From: a virus
Reading direction: 5' to 3' (one strand)
Virus genome (UHGV): UHGV-0997613
DNA length: 13,529 bases
Shown: positions 7,393 through 13,529 of the stretch, in pieces
Layout of the letters: each line of letters opens with the position of its first letter
Numbering within the stretch: the first letter of the stretch is position 1
Translations under genes and position numbers: made by a program
The notes under the pieces: model-generated
What the model was told of the DNA's origin: nothing
Databases searched by the model: none
What the model saw: the letters and a program-made list of their open reading frames with translations, nothing else

Positions 7393-8322
7393 TCAGTAGT
7401 TATGTACTGAAGGAGGTAATTCTTTATTCTTAAGTCTTATCCATGCAGAAAGATTCGTTGGTCCGTCTGGCTCATTGATATCAACATCTCGTGTGTGATT
7501 AATTAAAACATCTCTCGCCATTCCGATAACATACGAGAACTCATGACCGTAGTCGTAGCATCTGCCGGAATAGTTCGATTGAATTTGTTTTAGCGCCGGA
7601 TACAGTTCGCGGAATAATGCCTGTGAGCGGTTGGCATAATCCCATAACCATACAAGGCTGTTTGCTTCTTTTGCAGAAAGCTCGTTGGTTTTCTTCTCTT
7701 GTTTGCCAATGAACTCACCTTCAAGTGGAACTCGAGCTGCAAGTGACAGTGCTTCTGTAAACTGCTCCTCACTGATTTCTTTGTACGAACATCCAAAATG
7801 GGATTTCAGTGACGACCACATGGTAATCATTGCCTTCGCCTGTTTTTCTTTTGGCAGAGACTGACCGCGACTCATGACGAGTTGTTTAATGGCTTCCTGC
7901 TGTTCAGTGGTGATTTTACCCGGCAACGCTTTTTTAGCTTTGCGTGGGTTAACTACATGGCCTTTAGTCCAGTACTCGTAGAGTACATCGTCACACTCTT
8001 CCTGATACTGGATTACCTTGTCGCGGATTTCAGGGCGGACTTTGTTAGGGCTGATGGTTTGCAGCCAACCTGCAAGTTTGCGTAAAGCAAGACAGATAAC
8101 CAGACGACGCTGAGTATCGCCGGGGAGCTGAATCATCATTTCGATGATGCAGGTCTTAAATCTCTCCATCAACTTGCGGTGTTGAGACTGCCAAGTCATG
8201 CCCATTCCCTCAACGATAGGTTTCATTGGGGTGTACGGTTCGCCGTTGTGATTGACAACATAAAGCTCTGCGCCGTGGAATGGCACATTGATAGTAGATA
8301 CTGCTGTTGCTATACTTTTCAT
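7393..8322 (-). CDS. ant: Antirepressor Ant (P22 immI type)
   Basis: Large ORF in the P22 immI position after arc. ATG at 8322 ([30 protein letters not shown]...) has AGGAA 8 nt upstream. The ORF track extends to a GTG at 8388, which overlaps the stop of the 73-codon ORF and is a possible alternative start. Confidence 0.85.
   Translation of the reverse strand: MKSIATAVSTINVPFHGAELYVVNHNGEPYTPMKPIVEGMGMTWQSQHRKLMERFKTCIIEMMIQLPGDTQRRLVICLALRKLAGWLQTISPNKVRPEIRDKVIQYQEECDDVLYEYWTKGHVVNPRKAKKALPGKITTEQQEAIKQLVMSRGQSLPKEKQAKAMITMWSSLKSHFGCSYKEISEEQFTEALSLAARVPLEGEFIGKQEKKTNELSAKEANSLVWLWDYANRSQALFRELYPALKQIQSNYSGRCYDYGHEFSYVIGMARDVLINHTRDVDINEPDGPTNLSAWIRLKNKELPPSVHNY
8288..8316 (+). promoter_or_regulatory. 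Psar-like promoter inside the 5' end of ant, antisense orientation
   Basis: TTGATA (8288-8293), 17-bp spacer, TATACT (8311-8316). The predicted start near 8323 points across the ant ribosome-binding site. Confidence 0.5.
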
Positions 8323-8395
8323 GTCAATATTTCCTAAGACGATTTGTTGATACCGAAGCCCTGACTGTTCCAGCAGTTGGGGCTTCACTGTTTTT
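8323..8395 (+). ncRNA. sar: sar-like small antisense RNA (about 70 nt) complementary to the ant translation-initiation region
   Basis: The Psar-like promoter is followed about 32 nt later by an intrinsic terminator: stem GAAGCCCT (8355-8362) with GGGGCTTC (8379-8386), then ACTGTTTTTGT. The length and position agree with what is described for P22 sar RNA. Confidence 0.5.
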
Positions 8396-8606
8396 GTAAG
8401 TCACTGTAGTTATAAAGCCACTGACCACTCATTCTTGCTTTGATTGACTCTACTGAATCACGGCAAGGAATGATTCCACCTGACATCATTCTGATCTCCG
8501 TAAATTCACCGCTCCTTATCGACTCAATGCCATTAACGTTAACTAAAGATTTACCTCTACCAAGTGCATTCTCATAGCCAATCTCATCAACCTCGATAAA
8601 CTTCAT
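8385..8606 (-). CDS. Hypothetical 73-aa protein between arc and ant, translationally coupled to arc
   Basis: ATG overlaps the arc stop (ATGA), with GAGGGG 8 nt upstream. Its stop overlaps the GTG at 8388. No recognisable family. It sits where I recall P22 having only a short arc-ant intercistronic region. Confidence 0.4.
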   Translation of the reverse strand: MKFIEVDEIGYENALGRGKSLVNVNGIESIRSGEFTEIRMMSGGIIPCRDSVESIKARMSGQWLYNYSDLQKQ

Positions 8607-8761
8607 ACCGTTATCCCCTCTCTCTTCAGGCTGTCCAGCACCCGCTTGTAAATCTCAGAGTTAACAGATCGCCCGTTCTCTTCAGCTACCTTGCGCACCA
8701 AATCCAATACTTCTTTAGGCCACCGCAAATTGAACTGCGGCATTTTGCTCATTCCTTTCAT
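8603..8761 (-). CDS. arc: Arc repressor (ribbon-helix-helix)
   Basis: [52 protein letters not shown] closely matches my recollection of P22 Arc. The start is the internal ATG at 8761, not the 73-aa ORF-track start at 8824. Confidence 0.9.
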   Translation of the reverse strand: MKGMSKMPQFNLRWPKEVLDLVRKVAEENGRSVNSEIYKRVLDSLKREGITV

Positions 8762-8777
8762 GTTCACCTCACAATAT

Positions 8778-8794
8778 AGGTCCACCGTGGACCT
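8778..8794. promoter_or_regulatory. Mnt operator (17-bp palindrome AGGTCCACCGTGGACCT; extended 21-bp palindrome 8776-8796)
   Basis: Read on the ant-sense strand this is AGGTCCACGGTGGACCT, identical to my recollection of the P22 Omnt. It lies just downstream of the Pant -10. Confidence 0.8.
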
Positions 8795-8800
8795 ATTGAG

Positions 8801-8829
8801 AATATAGTAGAGTGCTTCTATCATGTCAA
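8801..8829 (-). promoter_or_regulatory. Pant promoter with the Arc operator in its spacer
   Basis: On the minus strand: TTGACA (8829-8824), 17-bp spacer, TATATT (8806-8801). The 21-bp Arc operator ATAGTAGAGTGCTTCTATCAT occupies 8804-8824, matching the known P22 sequence as remembered. Confidence 0.75.
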
Positions 8830-8851
8830 TACACTAACTTGGAGTGATGGC

Positions 8852-9100
8852 ATGGCTAGAGATGATCCGCACTTTAACTTCCGTATGCCTTTGGAAGTAA
8901 GAGAAAAATTGAAATTAAGAGCCGAGGCTAACGGAAGGTCAATGAACTCTGAGTTATTACAAATCGTTCAGGATGCTCTCTCCAAACCATCACCTGTAAG
9001 CGGGTATCGTGATGAAGAAGAGAGACTGGCCTCATTAATCTCGGAACGAGTAAAAGAAGTTGCGGCTGAAATTCTAAGGAAAGAAAAAACCCGCGATTAA
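8852..9100 (+). CDS. mnt: Mnt repressor (ribbon-helix-helix, maintenance of lysogeny)
   Basis: MARDDPHFNFRMPLEVREKLKLRAEANGRSMNSELLQIVQDALSKPSPVSGY... matches P22 Mnt as remembered. GGAG lies 7 nt upstream of the ATG. It is divergent from arc-ant, as in P22. Confidence 0.9.
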   Translation: MARDDPHFNFRMPLEVREKLKLRAEANGRSMNSELLQIVQDALSKPSPVSGYRDEEERLASLISERVKEVAAEILRKEKTRD

Positions 9101-9107
9101 GCGGGTT
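9088..9107. terminator. Bidirectional terminator shared by convergent mnt and the toxin operon
   Basis: AACCCGC-GATTAA-GCGGGTT stem flanked by an A6 tract on one side. This gives TTTTTTCTTT on the minus strand and TTT on the + strand. The mnt stop codon lies in the loop and the toxin gene stop abuts the stem. Confidence 0.6.
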
Positions 9108-9556
9108 TAGTCAAACATAGTGTTTCTAAAGTCTCTCGCATACCCTGCTAACACTCTCATTCTATTATGATTGTTAGCAGACATGTGAGCTACAGGGTGA
9201 AAAAGAGCAATCAATGAATACCTGTTCTCATCAAAAAGATTTTGTGCATAAACGAGAGCGGTATTGGATGTTTTATGCCACTGCAACTTTTGCGGTGTGC
9301 TGATATCTGTGCCATTTTTTATTGGCTCAAATTTATTTTCACCAATTGCTAAATGAAGGTGCATAAGACCTGCATCTTCAATATCAGGAGGCCGATGATA
9401 AGAGGTGTCTCTGCCAAAATAGCTGGGCAACGTTCCCGTAGACTTGTAGATGATAAAATCATCTACAAGTGTTTGTTTTAAATCAGGAAACTCAACAAAA
9501 ACCGGGGAGAAAAAATAGTCAAAACTATCCTGATTATATTCCACGGTTACTTGCAT
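9107..9556 (-). CDS. YafO-family toxin homologue (putative ribosome-dependent mRNA interferase)
   Basis: 149 aa. Segments FIIYKSTGTLPSYFGRD, MHLHLAIGENKFEP and LVYAQNLFDENRYSLIALFHPVAHMSANNHNRMRVLAGYARDFR align with E. coli YafO (FISYKRDGVLPDIFGRD; HIHLANENNPFP; LVYCQGAFDEQAWLLIAILKPEPHKLARDNNQMHKIGKMAEAFR) as I remember it. GAGGT lies 5 nt upstream of the ATG and overlaps the upstream gene's TGA. Confidence 0.65.
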   Translation of the reverse strand: MQVTVEYNQDSFDYFFSPVFVEFPDLKQTLVDDFIIYKSTGTLPSYFGRDTSYHRPPDIEDAGLMHLHLAIGENKFEPIKNGTDISTPQKLQWHKTSNTALVYAQNLFDENRYSLIALFHPVAHMSANNHNRMRVLAGYARDFRNTMFD

Positions 9557-9564
9557 GTTTTACC

Positions 9565-10131
9565 TCAGTGGAAGTTACCAGAGTGAAACACACGAGTCCC
9601 GTGCTCAGCAAGCGCACGCAAACCAGCCATATCTACGGAACTATCAAAAACAACCGGAACACATGAGCGTTGTTTAATAAGACTATTCAGGTTAGTTACG
9701 GCAGATCTAGCATCAGCAACAACGATATAGATATCTCTTGCGATCTCTTTAAAATCAGCAGAAGCTTCTTTGAATACCGATTTCATTGCCCCTTCAAGTC
9801 CTCTCAATTGATGCTCTATCAATCGAGACTTTTCTGGTTCAATGATAGACAACACATTGTCTACATTCTCATCGGTAGCGTTTGCAAGAACACGATAAGC
9901 GTATTTCAGCATTCGAGACAATTCTTTAATCGAAGACACCGCCTCATGAAGCTCATCATTAGCCCGTTCACTGCTGAATGAGGATTGATGGTAAGCGTGC
10001 TGAACGTTATCAGTAACAACCACCTCACAACTGAACGCAGAAGCTTGCTGTAATAGCAAACCTATTGCGACTCCAGCTTTGGCAGCGTTCAAGCTAAACA
10101 TTTCATCAATCCCATTAGTCTCATTGCTCAT
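9565..10131 (-). CDS. Hypothetical 188-aa protein, first gene of the toxin operon (candidate non-canonical antitoxin or partner)
   Basis: ATG at 10131 (MSNETNGIDEMF...) has AAGGAGG 5 nt upstream; the ORF-track start at 10161 lacks a Shine-Dalgarno. Predicted mostly helical. No similarity to YafN, RelB or Phd-type antitoxins that I can see. Confidence 0.6.
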   Translation of the reverse strand: MSNETNGIDEMFSLNAAKAGVAIGLLLQQASAFSCEVVVTDNVQHAYHQSSFSSERANDELHEAVSSIKELSRMLKYAYRVLANATDENVDNVLSIIEPEKSRLIEHQLRGLEGAMKSVFKEASADFKEIARDIYIVVADARSAVTNLNSLIKQRSCVPVVFDSSVDMAGLRALAEHGTRVFHSGNFH

Positions 10132-10198
10132 ACAAACCTCCTTCTTATCGGAGATTATCAATAGCTATGTATCCATTGAATACACGCTATGCGCAGTA

Positions 10199-10227
10199 AT
10201 TCTACGTCACGTGATATCATTATGCAA
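10199..10227 (-). promoter_or_regulatory. Candidate promoter of the toxin operon with a palindrome in the spacer
   Basis: On the minus strand: TTGCAT (10227-10222), 17-bp spacer, TAGAAT (10204-10199). The spacer contains the 8-bp palindrome TCACGTGA (10207-10214) overlapping GATATC. Confidence 0.35.
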
Positions 10228-10310
10228 CCACCGTTCTATCACCGACTAACTTTACTCCCACTCCTATACATCATCTGGTATCCTGCTCAAAACTAAGGAG
10301 TGGCTACTCA

Positions 10311-10949
10311 ATGAAAAAAATAGATATATATAGCGATACATCAGCCTATGTCATAGGCTCATTGGGTTTTTTAATTTTTTTTGTTTGGCAGTACCAGTCA
10401 CTATCTCCAGGATGGCGATTTTTGGGGATGTCTTTGATATCACTTGGTGCAGGAATAGCAACGCAGGTGTTGATGTATCTCTTTAATGGATGGCTCTCAA
10501 AAAGAGTTGAGAAAAAAAGAGCTACTTCAATATGTAGAAGCCTAGCTATTCCAGAAGACTCTACAGATCAGGATGATATTGCAAAATGTTGGCGGTATAT
10601 GATTGCAAGATACTCAAATGAGTTACTGGCAAACAGACTGTCCGACTTAATCGGGATCGTAGTTACCTCTGTTGGAACAATCATCAGTATAGGGATATCA
10701 ATTTGGTATGTCGGGATGATTGTCTATTTTGTTTGGAATAGAGACTTCAATGAACCTTCCCTTCTTTTTATACCTTTATTTTTCAGGGTATTAGCATTCA
10801 TATGTGAGTTATTGCTCTCTTTTTTCTGCAATGTTTTGTTCAACAGATACCCAGGTGAAGCAAGAAAGTTTAATAAAAACTATGATGAGTTAAGGAGAAC
10901 AGATCCTTTTCTATCAAGCAAAGAGTTCCGCGATTCCATTCGCAATTAA
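10311..10949 (+). CDS. AT-rich integral membrane protein, about 4 transmembrane helices (candidate superinfection-exclusion or abortive-infection protein)
   Basis: 212 aa with four hydrophobic segments (AYVIGSLGFLIFFVW; FLGMSLISLGAGIATQVLMYLF; LIGIVVTSVGTIISIGISIWYVGMIVYFVW; LLFIPLFFRVLAFICELLLSFFCNVLF). Strongly AT-rich relative to neighbours. AAGGAG lies upstream. It is divergent from the toxin operon and convergent with the ejection-protein gene. Confidence 0.65.
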   Translation: MKKIDIYSDTSAYVIGSLGFLIFFVWQYQSLSPGWRFLGMSLISLGAGIATQVLMYLFNGWLSKRVEKKRATSICRSLAIPEDSTDQDDIAKCWRYMIARYSNELLANRLSDLIGIVVTSVGTIISIGISIWYVGMIVYFVWNRDFNEPSLLFIPLFFRVLAFICELLLSFFCNVLFNRYPGEARKFNKNYDELRRTDPFLSSKEFRDSIRN

Positions 10950-10970
10950 CAACATCCATGACATCAACCC

Positions 10971-12884
10971 TTAGCGATCAGTTGCATCATTGGCAAGTAT
11001 TGGTCTGATGGCATTTGCGGCGTTATTCAGCGCTCTTTCATAAGCTGGCGTTCCAGCTTTAGTGTTTGCCAGACGTAAGAGCGCATTCCTAGCCATAGGG
11101 CTTTCATAAACCCTCGACATAAGGCCAATCCCTGTTTCCCCAGCCAATAGCGCGCCTCCGGTTTTTAGGTTACCAATAACCCTTACCAAAGGCGCGAGTG
11201 TCATGCCAGTCTTCGTCACAACATTAGCCTCAGATGCTCTTTTGGTAGCATCGAGAATAGATAACATCCCCTCTATCTCTTTTCCGTTCTTCCCACCAAA
11301 TACAGTTTTAAACACCTGACCATTTGCTTGTTTTTGCAGCTTGCCAAGCTCGGTCATCATTTTCTGAGGGCTGTCACCTACCTTGTCAGCTATTTTGCTG
11401 ATATATGCCGCCCTTAGCATGTCTTTACCTTTTTGATCGAGTTTCCCGTACAATCGAGCTATATCTGACCCATATTGTCCATACACAATGGTATTTACAG
11501 CCTCGGGAGTTAAATCTCCTTTGTTTAGAACGTTTTTAAGGCGCGTTTGAGTTACATGTGTTGCCATTTTTGCATAATCAGCTTTTCCCGCTCTCCATGC
11601 TGAAGCATCTTTTGGGCTAAGTCCTTTCGCTATAGATTTACTAAGGCTATTGGTTAGCGAGTTATAGACCCTGTCGACCATTGTTTGCGACATTGATGGC
11701 AGAACTGTACGATCGCCTTTTACGTCAATGCGGAACTGAGTTCTCAGCTTATCAAGTAACTCAAAGGCATCATCTCCATTTGTTATCTCCTGAATGGCAT
11801 TCTTATAATCATTAAGCGCAGAAATGGTCTGGGTGTCAGAAACACCTTTAAGTTTCCCAAGTTCGTTTACTGCTCCGTCGATAGCTCTTATGGCGCCACT
11901 TGTATCAACTGGCTTTCCAACCATTCTTCCTGACAGGCTGTTTAGTTTTGACTTGGCTAACGATTTTTCCCTTGCAACGCCTGACTTTAGACTATCAACG
12001 ACTACAGATGGATCGTAGTCGCCGTATTTTTCGGTGAAGCGATTAACAAGCTTGGTTCTGGCATCCTGCTGTGCGGCTCTCATTGGTCCAGTACCAGCTA
12101 TGACTCCTTCTGAGTAACCCTGCAGTTGATTGCCAAGTTTTGTTTTTGGAGGAACTACATCCGATGTCATAACTGGTACATCTGCCGCAGCGGCACGCTT
12201 GAGCAATTGCTGATCTGCTGGTGATATTTCGCCACGAACAGCAGTAATTCCACGCCCTATTCCCTTTGCTGCTGCGGAAAGAACCCCCTGAGCGGCAAGG
12301 TTAACTCCGGCATTTTTAGCTGCATTTTGTGCGAAATCGCCTTTCTGATTTGCAGCATCAGCAAGAGAACCTGCAATCATGTTTCCTGCGGAACCGATAT
12401 CTCCAGCGAGCTTTGCTGTCGCTCCAGCAGCTTTTGCCGCTGTGCCAATTGGCAGGAGATACCCACCAATTGTTTCACCGGCTTGCGCGTAAGGGTCTGT
12501 CGGTCGCTCGACAGGGCGATAAACATCATCCAAAACCTTGGGGCCACCAAGCCCCTGGCTGATTGCATTAATCAGACTTGCGCCACCCTGCAATACGTCA
12601 AATGGTATGTTTACCAGACCACGACCAGCCTGTTCTGCAATTTGCCCTGCACTTTGACCACCAGTGAGCCAATCGCCAGCTTGTTGCATCAATGATGGTT
12701 CTTCTTTCTGCTGCTGAGGCGGAGGGTATGCTGCATAAAACTGATCTCTTGCTTCAGCCCATTTGTCACCAGCCTTAGGGGCAACAACCTCATCAAAATA
12801 TTGCGCTTGAGCCTGTGCTTTCTGTTCTTCAGTTAACGCCTGATACTGTGGAGAAGCGATAACATCTTTCCATGCTTTAGCCAT
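10971..12884 (-). CDS. Internal virion / DNA-ejection protein (P22 gp16 position)
   Basis: 637 aa, Ala/Gly/Gln-rich, last gene of the structural block before the accessory island, as gp16 is in P22. The start overlaps the upstream stop (TAATG). Assigned by position and composition, not by a remembered sequence. Confidence 0.55.
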   Translation of the reverse strand: MAKAWKDVIASPQYQALTEEQKAQAQAQYFDEVVAPKAGDKWAEARDQFYAAYPPPQQQKEEPSLMQQAGDWLTGGQSAGQIAEQAGRGLVNIPFDVLQGGASLINAISQGLGGPKVLDDVYRPVERPTDPYAQAGETIGGYLLPIGTAAKAAGATAKLAGDIGSAGNMIAGSLADAANQKGDFAQNAAKNAGVNLAAQGVLSAAAKGIGRGITAVRGEISPADQQLLKRAAAADVPVMTSDVVPPKTKLGNQLQGYSEGVIAGTGPMRAAQQDARTKLVNRFTEKYGDYDPSVVVDSLKSGVAREKSLAKSKLNSLSGRMVGKPVDTSGAIRAIDGAVNELGKLKGVSDTQTISALNDYKNAIQEITNGDDAFELLDKLRTQFRIDVKGDRTVLPSMSQTMVDRVYNSLTNSLSKSIAKGLSPKDASAWRAGKADYAKMATHVTQTRLKNVLNKGDLTPEAVNTIVYGQYGSDIARLYGKLDQKGKDMLRAAYISKIADKVGDSPQKMMTELGKLQKQANGQVFKTVFGGKNGKEIEGMLSILDATKRASEANVVTKTGMTLAPLVRVIGNLKTGGALLAGETGIGLMSRVYESPMARNALLRLANTKAGTPAYERALNNAANAIRPILANDATDR

Positions 12885-13459
12885 TAATCACCCCATAAAG
12901 ACGAGAAACCGGACTTATTGCTGTCGCTTCCTGATTTTCGCTCACTAACATATGTGTCATAACCTGATGAACTGTATCCCATTGATTCAGCCTCCCTTGC
13001 TGCAACCTTTTGAAATACAGAATATTGAGATCGTATTTCAGATAACTGTTTTCTGACGACCTCTTCAGGCTGTGTTATATCGAGTTTCGCGATCAGGTTT
13101 TCCAGTTTTTGGCCTTCAGCATTGGAGAGGCTACCCATACCTCGCATAGTCTGCACGTTCTGGACAAACGCACCCGACTTTAATTCTTCTATCGCATTAC
13201 GGTTTGCAAGCCCTTCAGCACTTGTGAAGCCATCTATATTTCTTCCTTCGAAGCGACCGATACCTTCAAGCTCCTTCTTACCAAGCAAAGAATCTATTTT
13301 CTCTATCCCTCGCTCACCAGTAATCAACGCATTGTTGTAATTATTGTTGCCATCAAGCCATCTCTTAGCCTGAGACATTCTGGCTGACGTTGCAGCTTTA
13401 CCGGTTAGAGGATCAATTCCCGTCGCTGCTATCTGTGAGTTAAGAGACAAAACATCCAT
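12884..13459 (-). CDS. Putative ejection protein, 191 aa (gp7/gp20 position)
   Basis: Translationally coupled to the downstream gene. An in-frame stop at 13484-13486 bounds the ORF, so it is not a truncated larger gene in this frame. Confidence 0.45.
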   Translation of the reverse strand: MDVLSLNSQIAATGIDPLTGKAATSARMSQAKRWLDGNNNYNNALITGERGIEKIDSLLGKKELEGIGRFEGRNIDGFTSAEGLANRNAIEELKSGAFVQNVQTMRGMGSLSNAEGQKLENLIAKLDITQPEEVVRKQLSEIRSQYSVFQKVAAREAESMGYSSSGYDTYVSERKSGSDSNKSGFSSLWGD

Positions 13460-13529
13460 ATCCTGAAGTTGTCCCGCTCTTTCTCAGGGACCGGAAGCCT
13501 ACAGTAAATTCATTACTGACAACAAGGAC
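13440..13529 (-). CDS. 3' end of an upstream structural gene (partial; continues beyond the window)
   Basis: A different frame is open from the window edge to TAA at 13442-13440 (...VLVVSNEFTVGFRSLRKSGTTSGYGCFVS*), overlapping the next gene's start by about 20 nt. Confidence 0.3.
   Translation of the reverse strand, partial: VLVVSNEFTVGFRSLRKSGTTSGYGCFVS

Noticed and set aside
7393-8388. Longer ant reading frame starting at GTG 8388 (331 aa)
   Set aside because: The internal ATG at 8322 has a well-spaced AGGAA and gives a start matching the conserved MKSIATAV... N-terminus. The upstream 22 codons overlap the sar terminator hairpin. The longer form is kept only as an alternative.
8603-8824. 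73-aa ORF-track version of arc starting at 8824
   Set aside because: That ATG lies inside the Pant -35 and Arc operator. The conserved Arc sequence begins at the internal ATG at 8761, which has its own Shine-Dalgarno.
9469-9981. + strand ORFs (65 and 103 aa) antisense to the toxin operon
   Set aside because: Embedded antisense in two well-supported coupled genes, with no ribosome-binding sites.
10141-10310. LexA (SOS) box upstream of the YafO-family operon, as in the E. coli dinB-yafNO locus
   Set aside because: No CTGT-N8-ACAG motif was found in the intergenic region by eye. The palindrome present (TCACGTGA) is unrelated.
11824-12695. Several 60-120 aa + strand ORFs inside the gp16-like gene
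   Set aside because: Antisense to a long well-supported ORF; typical chance ORFs in GC-richer coding DNA.
1-13529. CRISPR arrays, rRNA or tRNA genes, insertion sequences with terminal inverted repeats
   Set aside because: No regularly spaced repeats, no transposase-like ORF and no structured-RNA gene signatures were seen. The only repeats are the 26-bp junction duplication and regulatory palindromes.

Overview
This window reads as a mosaic temperate-phage genome segment (P22-like podovirus late/immunity-I genes joined to a lambda/HK022-type integration module), apparently in the unintegrated attP form. Left to right: the 3' end of an early-left gene; three small early-left genes (a 165-aa cassette bracketed by 26-bp direct repeats, a DUF551-type protein, a small hydrophobic protein); a structured intergenic leader; an AntA-like antirepressor-domain gene; a terminator; pI/cII site; xis and int (+ strand); an intact attP with lambda-like arm sites and an HK022-type core; a sib/tI-like hairpin; then, convergent on attP, a P22-type tailspike (- strand) with an AT-rich foreign receptor-binding domain. 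Upstream of the tailspike lies a divergent HNH-AP2 homing endonuclease, then the immI region (ant, an extra 73-codon ORF, arc, Oarc/Omnt/Pant, mnt) with a recognisable sar antisense RNA unit. Between mnt and the ejection-protein genes is an accessory island: a two-gene operon pairing a YafO-family toxin with an unrelated 188-aa upstream protein, and a divergent AT-rich four-helix membrane protein. The YafO-family operon and its membrane neighbour are the best candidate for an undescribed defence or exclusion system. All family assignments come from reading the translations and from remembered reference sequences; no database search was run.
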